Positions 25,690 through 38,592 of a stretch of DNA of 64,000 nt are shown piece after piece; position 1 is the stretch's first letter, and every line of letters begins with the position of its first letter. A model generated the notes under the pieces. The model was given only the letters and a program-made list of their open reading frames with translations, searched no databases and was not told the DNA's origin. Source of the DNA: Glaucostegus cemiculus (Eukaryota); NCBI GenBank assembly GCA_976551045.1, contig CDPCPM010000074.1, positions 7,688,001-7,752,000 on the forward strand. Reading direction: 5' to 3'. The translations under genes were made by a program, and so were the position numbers.

Positions 25690-25980
25690 TTGGTTTAATC
25701 CCCACTGCACAAATGAGGTCCTGTCTGCCCTTTGGAAGGATTTGAAAGGATCTATGGTATTACTTAAAGAATAGGGAAGTTCTGCTCATCGTTATCTGTT
25801 AGCCAACATCAAATGGGATTGTTTGGTTATTAGCACATTTTTACTGGTGGGAGCTTGCTGTGCAAATACTGGCTGCCAGATTTTCCACATTACAACAATG
25901 GGTGCGCCTTGAGAATAGTTCAGTAGTGGCAATGTGTTTTGTACAGCTTGAAGTTTCTGAGAGCGGGCATTATTTTTTCC
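25690..25980 (+). mobile_element. Deu-domain SINE, degenerate
   Basis: gaggtcctgtctgccc...aaggatctatgg...ctggtgggagcttgctgtgcaaatactggctgcc...cacattacaacaatg. Confidence 0.6.
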
Positions 25981-26149
25981 AGGAATTTAGAGGAAAAAAA
26001 TTGGAATACTTATCAACTTAACTTTATTAAAAGTAGAATAAGATTAATAAAATTCCAGCACTGTTTATATCCCCCATTCCTCCAGCAGTATATTATCAGA
26101 CATGAATAACCTTCATACAAGAAACCAAACCAGATCTGCTAACAGTTAA

Positions 26150-27860
26150 GGGAACAAGGAGTGACTGGACTAATAACCAGAGACTAAAATAGTGATCTGG
26201 AGACAGGAGTTCAAATCCCTCTATGTTCAAGTCATTGAAGAAATGTGAAGTAAAATGTTGGTCTCAGTAATCTATTGGTTCATTATTGTCACTTGTACCA
26301 AGGTACAGTGAAAAACTTGTCTGCACACCAATCATACAGGTCAATTCATTACATAGTGCAGTTACATTGAGTTAGTACAGAGTGCATTGATGTAGTACAG
26401 GTAAAAACAATTACAGTACAAAGTGTCACAGCTACAGAGAAAGTGCAGTGCGATAAGGTGCAAATCACATCAAGGTAGATCGTGAGGTCATAGCCCATTC
26501 ATTGTATAAGGGAACCGTTCAATAGTCTTATCACTGTGGGGTAGAAGCTGTCCTTAAGTCTGGTGGTACATGCCCTTAGGCTCCTGTATCTTCTACCGAT
26601 GGAAGAGGAGAGAAAAGAGAATGTCCTGGGTGGTGGGGTCTTTGATTATGCTGGCTGCTACACCAAGACCATGAGAAGTAAAGACAGAGTCCAAGGAGGG
26701 GAGGCTGGTGTCCGTGATGCGCTGGGCTGTGTCCACAACTCTCTGTGGTTTCTTGCGGTCCTGGGCAGAACAGTTGCTGTACCAAGCCGTGATACATCCA
26801 GATAGGATGCTTTCTGTGGTGCATTTGTAAAAGTTGGTGAGAGTCAAGGGGGACAAACCAAATTTCTTTGGCTTCCTGAGGAAGTAGAGGTGCTGATGAG
26901 CTTTCTTGGCTGTGGCATCTACGTGAGTTGACCAGGACAGGCTGTTGGTGATGTTCACTCCCAGGAACTTGAAGCTCTCAACCCTCTTGACCTCTGCACC
27001 ATTGATGTAGACAGGTGCATGTACACCGTCCCCTTTCCTGAAGTCAATGACCAGCTCTTTTGTCTTGTTGACATTGAGGGAAAGGTTCTTTTCATGATAC
27101 CATTCCACTAAGTTCTCTATCTCCTTCCTGTACTCTGACTCATCACTGTTTGAGATATGGCCCACAATGTTGGTATCATCTGTAAACTTGTAGATGGAGT
27201 TAGAGCAGAATCTGGCAACACAATTGTGAGTGTATAGGTAGTAGGGTAGATGGCTGAGGACGTAGCCTTGTGGGGCACCAGTGTTGAGACTAATTGTGCT
27301 GGAAGTATTGCTGCCTATCCTCATTGATTGTGGTCTGTTTGTAACAGGATCCTTGACTTTCTAACAGAGGGATGTGTTGAGTTCTATGTTTTGGAGTTTG
27401 GTGACAAGCTTGCTTGGAATTATTGTACTGAAGGCAGAGCTGTAGTCAATGAACAATAGTCTAATGTAGGTGTATTTACTGTCCAGATGCTCCAGAGCTG
27501 AGTGGAAGGCCAGGGATACGGCATCTGCCGTAGACCTGTTCTGAAGATAGGCAAATTGCAATGGGTCCAGGTTGTCTGGTAGGCTGGAGTTGATGCGTGC
27601 CGTGACCAAACTCTCAAAACTCTTCATGGTGGTGGATGTCAGAGCCACTGGTTGGTAGTCATTGAGGCATGTTACCTTGATCATCTTCGGTATCAGGATG
27701 ATGTGATCATGAACTCATGGATCTAGTCCACTAATATCCTCCTTGAATTTGCCAGCCTTATTCAGTCTGGTTCACGTGACTACAGATCCACTAATGTGAT
27801 TGACTTTAACTTCGTAATCTGTTCTGAGAAACTTGGGGAATCCTGGCATTATCAATGAAG
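26150..27860 (+). mobile_element. S2 SINE split by the Rex1 insertion (parts ~26150-26271 and ~27701-27860)
   Basis: ggactaataaccagagac...ggagttcaaatccc...gtctcagtaat | gtgatcatgaa...ccactaatatcc...cagtctgg...gtgactacagatccac; colinear with the copy at 62110. Confidence 0.6.
26272..27700 (-). mobile_element. Rex1/Babar LINE, 5'-truncated RT region
   Basis: ORFs: CLNDYQPVALTS..MK.FE.LV; LDPLQFAY..NRSTADA; YIRLLFIDYSSAF.TIIPSKL; TGAPQG.VLS; IYKFTDDT; FKFLGVNI; ESILSGCITAWY. Confidence 0.92.
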
Positions 27861-28179
27861 TCCTTGTCTTTTGAATGAATCACACAACTTTTGATAGCCA
27901 ACCATTGCAATTTTGTAAATGATAGAATGTCTATTTTACTGCAATATGAAATCATTCTGACTGGCTTATGATCTTAATTTGTGGAAGCTCGTAATTCTGA
28001 TGGTGCAGGCTGCAGGTGAAAAGTGATAAAGCAAGTTCTAATAATCACCATCCGTGATTCCCATGGCTCAGGTCACTAAACCTGCTGAAGGAATTTTTTG
28101 TGATGGGGCAGCTCTGCTCGATCTGCTCAAAGTATGTTGGCCTGGAAATTAGTTACTGCTGTGCCTTGTTAAAAGGTCC

Positions 28180-30320
28180 AATATTGTGTGTGGCAAGCAG
28201 ACTTATTCAGGGAGCTACAGGCCACTGAGCCTCACATCAGTGGTGGGAAAGTTATTGCAGGGGATACTGAGGGACAGGCTCTACCAGCATTTGGAAAGGC
28301 AAGGACTGATTAGGTATAGTCAGCAAGGCTTTATCCCTAGGAAATTGTCTCCCAATTTTCACTAAGTTTTTTTGAAGAGGTGACCAAGAGGATTGAGAGC
28401 AGGGTGGTAGACAGTGTCTACGTGGACTTTAACAAGGCCTTTGATGAGGTCTTGACTGGTAGGTTAGTGTGGAAGGTTGGGTCACATGCGATCAAGAGTG
28501 AGCTAACTGTTACGAAGTAGCTTGCTATAGGCAAATATCCCTTTAAGATGGGACATTGTGTGTGTGTGCAACATATTACGTCAACAGAAGATAAGACTAA
28601 CGTGATGAGGTCATTACAAGAAAGAAAAGAGAGGAGAGAGACAAACAGACAGAGAGAGAAGAAGGAGAGATGGCAGCCTGTTTTGTTTCTGTCGATGGAT
28701 GAAGGACAGTAACTGTGTTTGTCACTAAAATCCGTGGATGGATTTCTGGAGTAGTCCAGTGCAGTTCACCTTGTCGGTAACCTGTAGAAGGACACAGGTG
28801 TTTGCGTGGACAACCACATTTTGGATGCTCTTCAGAGTGGCAGATACTGTGGAACAAGGTGATGGAATTCACTTTGCTGCTAACCTGTAGAAGAACACAG
28901 GTATTTGCATGGACAGTCACGATCCAGGAGTTTTCAGGGTGAGAAAGTTAGCCCTGAAGTGTCGTCTGAGTTTCGAGTGGAACATTCGGATTTCATGATT
29001 CCTCTCTAATCTCTCTCTATATCTATGTTTTGTCTTCGGTGGACGGTGCTTGTGAAGAAGCCTTTATTCGTGTTTCATCTTACGGCTTATTGAACTGAAC
29101 TTTAAGAACTAATTCCTGGACTTTGAGTTTAGGAATTCGACACACACACACATGACAAGTAGTTTTTGGGGTTATAGTTTAAGATTCTAATATTTTGTTT
29201 TGTACTAATATACTAACTTTTTGTTCTTATTTTACATATTATCAGAAGTAGTTATTAATAAAGTAGTTTTAACACTGAAGTATGAATTGGTGTGATTCTT
29301 TTGTTGCTGGTTTCGTAACATAACTAATTGGAAACAAAATTGACTCAGTAGAAGAAGTCGGTGATAGTGGAGCATTGTTATTCAGATTGGAGGTCTGTGG
29401 CCAGTGGTGTGTCGCAGGGACTGGTGCTGTTGTTTGTCATCTATGTTAATGATTTGGATGATAATATTGTTAACGCAGTTAGTAAGCTTGCAGATGACAC
29501 CAAAATTGGTGTAGTAATGGACAGTGAAGTAGGTTATCTAAGATTACAATAGGGTCTGGATTGACAGGGGAAGTGGGCTAAGGAATGGTAGATGGTATTT
29601 AACTCTAAGTGTGAGGTGTTGGATTTTGGTCAGCTAAACCAGGGCAGGAATTGCACAGTAAATGGTAGGGCCCTGGAGACCTAGGGGTACAAGTACATAG
29701 TTCCCTGAAAGTGGAGACACAGGTAGATAGAGTGGTGAAGGAGCTTGTTGCACTTTCCTTCATCAGTTAGGGCATTGACTACAGAGCTGGGCCATCATAT
29801 TACAACTGTACAAGTACTTGATGAGACCACACTTGGAGTATTGTGTGCAGTTCTGGCCACGCAACTGTAGGAAGGATGTCATTAAGCTAGAAGGGATCCA
29901 GGAATAAAAATCATGAGGATGTTAGCAGAACTGTAGGGCTTGAATTATAAGGAGAAGCTGGATAGACTGGGACTTTTTTCCCTGGAGGGTAGGAGGTTGA
30001 GGGGTGAACCTTTGAGGCATATAAAGTCATGAGGGCTGTAGATAAGGTGGATGGTCAGTCTTTTTTCCCCAGGCTAGGGAGCCTAATAGTAGAAGGCATA
30101 CATTTCAGGTGAGAGGAGAAAGCTTTAAAAGGGACCTGAGGGGTAACTGTTTCATGCAGAGTGTGGTTGGTGTATTGGTTTATTGGAGGTATATGGAAGG
30201 AGCTGCTAGACCAAGCTATAGAAATGGATGCACAATGTTTAAATGACATTTGGACAGGTACATGGATAGATGGATGGACAAGTTGGGCTGAAGGGCCTGG
30301 TTCCATGCTATACAACTCTT
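28180..30320 (+). mobile_element. CR1 LINE (RT to 3' end, degenerate), interrupted by a solo LTR
   Basis: YRPLSLTSVVGKLL, SGVSQG, VSKLADDTKIG, EYCVQFW motifs; ends gggctgaagggcctggttccatgctatacaactct. Confidence 0.88.
28508..29320 (+). mobile_element. Solo LTR (Gypsy-like), 813 bp
   Basis: TGTTACGAA...TTCGTAACA inverted termini; 4-bp TSD taac (28504-28507, 29321-29324); AATAAA ~60 bp from the 3' end; second copy at 48039. Confidence 0.92.
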
Positions 30321-30344
30321 ATTTCAGAAGCCCTAGATCAGAAG

Positions 30345-30530
30345 ACCTCACATGAGAACAGAGATGGTGGAGACCAGAGAAACTGAGAAAAAGGATGGCC
30401 TCCTTGCAGGAGGTAGTATGAGAGGATGTGTAGTCAAGGTAGCTGCCGGAGTCAGTGGATTTATAGAAGATGTCAGTTGCAAGTCTCCATCCTGAGATGG
30501 AGACAGAGATCCAGGAAATGAAGAGAAATG
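30345..30530 (-). mobile_element. Penelope-like element RT/thumb fragment
   Basis: Translation ISVSISGWRLATDIFYKSTDSGSYLDYTSSHTTSCKEAILF matches the PLE motif TDIYYKPTDSHSYLDYTSSHP..CK. Confidence 0.85.
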
Positions 30531-31654
30531 TCCTGAATAGAACACTGGAAGCACTCACTTGGACTGATTTTTGTTCTCTCAACAGACTCATTTTCTCATC
30601 CTTAATTTATTTGACCAGTTAAATGGTGCAGTATTGCAATACTCTACAACCTATAGCTATACTGATGCACCTTTACAATCCAAACATTTATTACAAATGG
30701 CAGCAGTATGTTTTCACCTACCCCCAGGGGCCAAGACAAGAACAATTAAACTACAAGCAATCCTTTAATAAATAACTTGGGATCTATCATTTTAGTAATT
30801 AAAGGAATGGGTTGCTGAATTGAGAGGCCAGTGATGATATTCACTTCTTGGATAATACTTTATTTGCAGCTTTGGTGGTCTTTGCAGCAATTTCTTTCTT
30901 AGTAACACCCTTGCTCACTCTGCAACTCTGAAATACTAACAGACAATTGTAAGTGAATGGTCAATTTGGATTATAAAGAATATATTGTTCGTCAGGTGGG
31001 ATGCCAAGGGTCGACAAGCCTTGTGGATTTCCTGAATCATTATTGCCTTGGATGTTTGGAAAGAAACAATCAGAACGTTTTTCTGAATTAGTTCTGGTTT
31101 TGTTATCTTTTTACAACCCATCTACTGATCCTTTCCCATGCTTTCATTTACAAGGGGAATTTCTGTCAGAAAACACAGGAGTTTCCTGAAAATGGTAGGA
31201 TGGAATTGCTAATCCATTCTCCATCCACAGTGTGGACAGAAGCTCATCATCTGACTTGCCTGAGTTAAGCTTTCATGCTTGATCATTGACTGAGCTCTAC
31301 ATCATGTAGTGCATCATACCTATACTTAACCCTGTCTGCATACCAATTATAGTGCTCCTATAAATGGAATGCAGACTCTCTGGCTGGACGTATATAATGG
31401 TAGGTGAGTGTTGTGGCATGGATGATTTTGATCACCTATCACGAACACTCATGAGCTTTCCAGCAGTAATCAGGTGTCCTGACTAAACTTGTGTCTCTTC
31501 TCTGATTAGGCACCCTGAGGCCAAATACAGTATTTCTGCAAGGCAAATGCAAAGATCAACCAAATCAACACATAATAGGAATCAAACCTCGCAACTCCCT
31601 GGCCTGTGCAACACCTTGTGATGCAGTAAGCCTTTAGACTTAACTGTATAATAT

Positions 31655-32030
31655 GCAAAACAACAAATTTGAATTCATATAGCACCTTTACCATAGAAAA
31701 ACATTCCAAGGCTCTGAGAAGTGTTACAAAACAAAATTTGACACTGACCCAGATAAGGAGGTGGTAGGAAGGATGACCAAAGCCTTGGCCAAAGAGATGA
31801 TAATGGGTGTCTTAAAGGATGCACACAGGTGAATGAGTTTAGGCAGGGAGCTAGCTGCTTAAGATGTGGTTACAAACAGTGGTAAATTAAAATTGGACTG
31901 GTCAAGAGGCCAAATTGGAGATGTGGACATATCCTAGACAGTTATCAAGCTGGAGCAGATTACCAAAATAGGGAGCGGTGGGGCCACAGAAGGGAAGAAC
32001 AGCAGGCAGATGATATTTTAACAAATTGCA
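31655..32030 (-). mobile_element. L2 LINE 3' end
   Basis: acaacaaatttgaattcatatagcacctttac...ccaaggctct...ataaggagg...gatgaccaaagccttggccaaagag; mirrors the + copy at 58560-59000. Confidence 0.65.
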
Positions 32031-33064
32031 TTGATGACCAATAATAAATTTCTACTCCAGGTTTCCAAAATATAATGAAAGGAAACTTCTGCTGATCCAG
32101 TGGTGGATGTCAGGCAGATATCTGCCTGACTTATTCAATGCTCATCTTTTGGACTTATCAGAGCAGAAGTGAGGGTTGAACCAGTGACAAAAAAGCATGA
32201 GATGGTGGTTTAATGGAGAGTGGCGTGTCAAGAGTGAAGTGAGCAGACCAAGTGGCTACAGGTGAATTGTGCTGAATTAAAGGCCAGGGGTTTGTCTGTT
32301 GTGATTTTGGAAGCGAATTTTGTAATGAATTGAGTATCTCCCAAGATCAAACTAAGAAGCAAGCAGGATTGGGAAGAGGAAAGAGAAGGAGGGGGGCATA
32401 ATTGAAGAGTAATACAAGGTAATTATTTTTATTAATTTTGTGAAATGGTTGTTGCTGAAAAGGTCAACAGTTATTGCCTATCTCTGACTGCCCTTGAAGT
32501 GGTGACTGAACCACTGAAGTCTGTCGGGAGAAGGCGTTTCAAAGTGTGTGTTTCCTTTTTAAGTTTGCAGATAGTTCTGAGCATGCTCAGCATCTTGGGT
32601 GTGGCAACAAAGGAAGTAGCCATTGTTAAAATAATGTCCAACAATGAGTCTGTATAATTAATTACATATGTAGGGGCTAACAGCTGAGGTGCATAGTTCC
32701 CTCGAAAGATTTGTTTTGATCCATTGACCTTATTCTATCTCTTGTACTGCTCAGAGGTTAAAAGAATTCTGTTTTTTTTGTAAGTTTCATTCAGTATTGG
32801 CTTTCCTGACCACTTTGTCCTTGCCTGTTAAGTTATTTAACCAGTGTGTCAGGCATCTTTGACGGGTTTGATCTTGCTATAATGTTTATTGATGAACTTC
32901 CACATGTCTGTGTCATACTTCATTTGAATTGAGCTCAGTGGTAAATCCACTATAAAATCCTTTTATTTCTATGTTACACAAAACTGTAGATTACTTTTTT
33001 TTAACAGGTTAGAAACAAAACTATAGTCTGTAAGTCCGTGGAATTAATCACATAATGCCACAAT

Positions 33065-33357
33065 TGACTTATCGGTAGTGTAGTGGTTAGCGTAACGGCT
33101 ATTAAAGTGCCAGCAACCTGGGTTCAATTCCTGCTGCTGTCTGTAAGGAGTTTGTATGTTCTTCCTATGTCTGCATGGGTTTCCTCCAGGTGCTCCGGTT
33201 TCCTCCCACATTCCAAAGACGTACTGGTTAAGAAATTGTGGGCATGCTATGTTGGCGGCGGAAGCGTGGCTGCACTTGTGGGCTGCCCCCAGAACACTCT
33301 ACACAAAAGACATACTTCACTGTGTTTTGATGTAAATGCGACTAAAGATATCTTATC
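33065..33357 (+). mobile_element. V-SINE with Rex1-like tail
   Basis: ggtagtgtagtggttagcgtaacg; ggttcaattcc; tgcatgggtttcctccaggtgctccggtttcctcccaca; tail ...actaaagatatcttatc. Confidence 0.9.
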
Positions 33358-33489
33358 CAATGTATGCAAGCATGTCAATAAACCTTATTTTCCTTCATCT
33401 TCCTATCCTCTTAATCTTTCCATCCATATAAACTCAAAATCAGTCCTTTGTCGTCTTCATATCAGCTGATTCTGTTGTTCCCATTCAAC

Positions 33490-33720
33490 ATTCATAGATA
33501 TCTACCTGACAATGTGGAAAATTGTCTGGATGATTACTGGTCACAAAGAAAAGGACCAATACAATCTGGCTGATACCACCCAATCAGTCTGCTGTTTAAT
33601 ATCAGCAAAGTAATGGAAGCTGTCGTTGACAATACTCAACTGGTGCTTACTCATCAGTAACCTACTCATCAATGCTCAGAAGGGGTTTTTCCAAAACCAT
33701 TTGGCTCCTGACCTCATGAA
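33490..33720 (+). mobile_element. LINE X RT-upstream fragment
   Basis: atctacctgacaatgtggaaaattg...cacaaagaaaaggac...aatctggctgataccacccaatcagtctgct...agcaaagtaatggaag, homologous to 14870-15000 reversed. Confidence 0.7.
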
Positions 33721-33929
33721 GTAGATTATCTTTCCAAAATAATATGCTCTACCTAAGCTCCAGAATACTGCAGGAATTGCACTGGAGCTGCCAGAATCTC
33801 ATTATGTTTGAGAATGGGTTTCTAAGGGAGTTACAGGAGGAGAACTGTTAAAGATGTGCAATTTCTTTTGATGCATAGAGAGAGTAATGTATTGCCAGGT
33901 GGTCTTGATGGATGGAAAGTGCAGGTAAT

Positions 33930-34078
33930 CTGATTATTTGCTCATGTGCTGTGTGTGTGTGCACCCTGCTGTGAGGAAATTGGGTCTGTCTACATAATAA
34001 CAGTGAATGCACTGTAACAGTAACCCATTGGCTATAAAATTTTGTTGAGCAATTGATAAATGCAAGGTCTTCCTGTTT
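33930..34078 (+). mobile_element. Deu-SINE 3' tail remnant
   Basis: tgctgtgaggaaattgg...ctacataataacagtgaatgcact...cattggctataaa...ataaatgcaaggtcttc. Confidence 0.55.
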
Positions 34079-34119
34079 TTGTACTTATGAATATTGAGAC
34101 AATAATGGTATTATTATAA

Positions 34120-34230
34120 AAGAACATAGATACCTATAGCACAATTCAGGCCCTTCGGCCCACAAAGCTGTGCCGAACATGTCCCCACACTATTAGGCTT
34201 ACCCATAGCCTTCTATGGGTAAGCCCAATA
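34120..34230 (-). mobile_element. Extremely 5'-truncated CR1 tail with fold-back duplication
   Basis: gcacaattcaggcccttcggcccacaaagctgtgccgaacatgtccc is the reverse of 55410-55470. Confidence 0.8.
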
Positions 34231-34819
34231 ACTTGGGCCTAAACCTCCAATGAAGGGATGGTGCAGTTGGAGAAAAAGATAGTAAGCTAATCCTCAGCAC
34301 TTGTCCCCCTTTTATCTCAGGGTTATCTATATTGGTTTGGGTAATGAACACCTGTAAGGATTTGGCTCCATAATTTCATTCTAATAGTCCATACAAACTG
34401 ATGGACACCGAGGTACATATTTCAGTCACTCTGTTGCTCAAATCTTGTGCCAGGCAGGAAATAACTATCTGTTATTCCCAAATCTCATGTTCCCTCCCCC
34501 CCAAATATTTTTTATGTATAAATAAAACACTAGTTCCTAATTTTCAATTGGAGTCCATTACAAATTAGAAATGCAATGCAGTATTTCACCAGAACCCACC
34601 ATAGAGGTCACCTGATTTGGCCTACAGTGAAAGGTTTGGACTGCCAGAATTGTGTATTCACTAGGTAAGAAAGATACGGCTACCTTCTACATAAATATTG
34701 GACTAAAGGCACTGCCTGTATGTGATGTGAACACCAACCCAAACAATCAGCTGCCTTCATGCATCAAATTTTGGTAACCTTTACGCAGTAACACCCAACC
34801 CTGTCAAATGGCGATCATA

Positions 34820-34975
34820 GAAGTCGTACAATCATAGTCATACAGCACACAAATAGACTCTTCACCGTTTCATGCCTTTACTAACCTTTGAGTATCCATC
34901 TGTAATAATCTGTTTTATCAGAACGTGGTCTATAGCCTACTATGCCTTGGCAATTCAAGTGCTTGTCCAGCTGTT
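34820..34975 (-). mobile_element. CR1 3' tail remnant (same family as 9212)
   Basis: catagtcatacagcacacaaatagac...gccttggcaattcaagtgcttgtccag shared with 9330-9356. Confidence 0.6.
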
Positions 34976-37900
34976 TCAATATCAGTCCTTGATCTGGGAC
35001 GCTAATCTGCTATGCTAACACTGAGCTGCTATACATGGAGTATAAGTATAGGTTAGAGAAACCATTCAAACTATCTTCATTCATTCAGGAAGATGATACA
35101 ATCTTCCCCACGGGAAATTCATTTCATAAATGTATAAGGAGTTTTCTTCTGTACCTTATCCAGAAATCTAAAACACATGTCAATTGTTCTTTATATGTGA
35201 AAAGTTTTCTAATCTCAGCCCTAAAATTGTCTCAACTAGTTTGAATGTATGGTATTGTCAAGGCTTAGTTATTTAATTATTGTGTATTTTTAGCTGAAGC
35301 AGGAAGGAAAGCTCCAAGTGTGGTCCAGTGATTAAGGGGTGGAAATGGGGCTTGCAGACTGTTGTCTACAATCTACAATACCATACCCACAATGGTTAAA
35401 AATTTCTGATTGAAAGGGATGCACCTAAAAAGCCGCTCACCTAGTTCAGGAAGAACAAGAGTGCAACTGGATCTGTCTTTCCTAGGGATGTTAAATATTT
35501 TTGCTGGTTTTCTTCCTTTCTTTCCCTTGCTTTCTGCTTCCTTTCCTCCAGGGCTTTCTGATTCTCCTATTCAGTCTTTTGTTTTGATGTTTTCAATTAG
35601 ATGGGAACTGCTGGGTAGTATGATCCAAGGATTTTCAGACTGATCTTGAGCTGGAAGTGTAGGAAATCAACAGTTCCCAGCATTGCCCTTCCCATGCCTT
35701 CTCTCAGCCAGTCATGATTTCCTGCGTGCCTCAACTCCCATTACACTCCCCACCTCTTTGCCCTTTTACTCTCCTCCAATTACCACCACGTTCTCACTCC
35801 CACTTATTCTTGCCCTTCAAATTATCTGCTCGTGTACTTTCCCTTTATTACTTGCACCTCTAATTTTGACCTTAAACCTTCATCCACTTTCCCGTTCTGT
35901 TACCCACTTCTTCCAAGAGTAGTTGGCAGATCCCAGTGGCCACTCTCGCCCTCTTCTCTTCTTTGGCCTCTCCTTTCTCTTCCATCAGCTTTGTCTGCTT
36001 TCTAAATTCAAGTTGCTTTTTATGATAAAAGATAAATTAGAATGAAGAAATAAATCTCCTCTGGTCTGAATACATGCCTTTCTTTGTTTCTCTTTCATGC
36101 TGCTTCATTATTTTTCCTCTTTCTTTGTTCCCCTCTGTCTCAAGCTTTAACAATTAGGATATCTTGGTGTGAAAGTTAACTCTGCCTGTTTCTTGAGGGA
36201 AATGCAAGCTGCAACTGCATACCCAGAAACAACAGCTGAAATAAGATATCTGGTCTTGGCTACATCAAACCATCAATATGCATGTGCTAATCAGGCATGC
36301 TGGGGATGTCGGTCAGGAAGTGGCTATGTAGTTCGTCAAAGGAACTGTGTAAGACTCTCACTTGTGAGTGCTTTAAAGACATTTGGTTGCTGAAATTCAA
36401 GATGGGTAGAATTTGACAAAGATTTACAATTTCTCTTTTACCCTTTCTCCTTCCAACCTCCTTCCTTCGTTAGTGCAATGTAGTTTCTGAAGTTTACAAA
36501 ACAAAAAACATAAAATTAATGAAAATAGTAGCCTTGTGGTTAGGTTACTGGGCTCGTATCCAGAGCCTGTGGCTGGTGGACTGAGGAGCTGTTCCTGTGC
36601 TGTATCTCTCAATGACTGAGTCTCTCACTCTAGAACAATGATGTGTAATTGGAATTATAACAATGGCTGGAAAAGCATCTTCAGAGATTCAGTGCTTCAC
36701 AATGAGAAAAACACTGAGTGCTTGTTATCATTTTCTGCTGTACATATATGTTGATGCAGGAAATTGCATTGACTGGGCTCTTATTGAGTCAGAAGAGCCC
36801 AATGACATTTTAACCAGGGCCTGCGTTGGCAACCAGCCTTGGGGTTTCAAGCAGGACTTGAAAGAAGTCCTGCTTCCTGCGCCAAGTAGAGGGAAGAGGA
36901 ATTTAACTAAAGGATTACAAATAGGTAGGAAAAATTGGGTGCATCACGTGCTTATCTACAGCTGCATCTTATTTGTATTACATTCCTAACTTGTAAAATT
37001 CAGCTATAGCATGAGTTTGAGATGCATTCCTTCATACAAAAGGAACTTTGTTTTCAACTTGTGTTCAGAGGTTCATCTTGTACAGAGAAATTCCTATTTC
37101 ATGGCAGTGCTGAAATTGTAGAAATTTGCAGCAGGGAACTGTGGCCCATTGAATGCCTTTGCTTCCTCTCAACTGTGTCGCTCCGAATTTGTGGCATGCC
37201 TATTCAAAATGGACATCTGTGTTGAGTGCAAACACTGCAGAAGGTAGTAGTAACAATCGCAATACTGTTTTGGGGTGGGGTGGGTGGAAGACGTGTAGCT
37301 TCAGGTCTGTCTGCCAAAGGCATGACATCATGTGGGCAACATACTGCAGCATTTTGGCAGCAGGGAGATCCTAAAGCTGATCAATGCAAGGTTGCAGTAA
37401 CTTGGAAGAGGCTCAGCATTGCTTTAACTTGGTTTTGTTCTCTTTAGACCCATTTGCAGTGTCATTAATAAATGAGACTGGAAGGTTCTGTGGCCCATCC
37501 AATGTCAGTTTGACATACAATAATCAGTAATTTATTTAGGGGTCAGGGAATGGAGAATGATGTTGGCTGGAATGTGTTTCCTAATCTTTATGATTATAAC
37601 TTGTTTAAGGGCTTGTGGTGAAAACCTAGCCAAAGATCTGTATAAACATGGCATTTCCTAACTTTGTATAACAAGGCTTTGCCTAACTAGAAATCAAAGT
37701 CCTTTCTTACCCAGTGTCATCAAATCTATCAAATCCACATATTTCACATGATGAAAGTTGCTCTTTATCCTCAGTGTTATCATTTGTTCCCCTTGCTTTA
37801 ATTCCTAGAATTGTTTGCCACAAGCCTGCTGTGCTTTCCGATTGGTTGCTGGATCTACTTGTGTAAGCAGATGCTGTTCCTTCCCAATCTCCTTTTTCCT

Positions 37901-38177
37901 GGTTCTTGATATGCAACTTACTGTGGGGCAAGGCATTATCTGATAATTTTTGCTTCCTTGCCAATTCTTACGCCCCATATTTCCTTTGGGTGTTTCTGAT
38001 GCATTTTCAGAATAAGGACTTGTAGATTATAGGTACCTTCCAGTACTTATTCAATCATATAATTAAATAATATATTAATGTCTCATGCTGAGTATCTTCA
38101 GCCATCTCATTCCACAACTTGTGTTTATTGAATTCCACTTTAACTCCAGAGAGCCCAAGTGGCTAATTTTCAACAGT

Positions 38178-38455
38178 TAGATAGATGGATATCTTTATTA
38201 GTCGCATGTACATCAAAACACAGTGAAATGCATCTTTTACGTAGAGTGTTCTGGACAGCCTGCAAGTGTCGCCACGCTTCCAACGCCAACATAGCATGTC
38301 CACAACTTCCTAATCCGTACGTCTTTGGAATGTGGGAGGAAACCGGAGGAAACCCATACAGTCACAGGGAGAATGTACAATCTTCTTACAGACAGCAGCT
38401 GGAATTGAACCCGGGTTGCCGTAATAGTGTTACACTAACTGCTACGCTACCGTGC
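38178..38455 (-). mobile_element. V-SINE with Rex1-like tail
   Basis: tttattagtcgcatgtacatcaaaacacagtgaaatg...tgtgggaggaaaccggag...ggaattgaacccgggt...ctaactgctacgctaccgtgcc. Confidence 0.9.
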
Positions 38456-38592
38456 CTGGACAGGATATTTAGTCTTCATTCAAATATCCTTCCAGTCTGA
38501 TTTATCTAACTCTCTCAGCATAAATCTTCTATTCTCTTCTCCTGTCTGGTATTATCTAACTTTCCCAGAACTGCATCTATGTTATTCATCAA

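Noticed and set aside
36160-37450. Repeat-free stretch with short ORFs, possible enhancer or exon cluster (similar stretches at ~16570-18260 and ~49250-50400)
   Set aside because: Conservation cannot be assessed without alignments, and the ORFs show no recognisable motifs.
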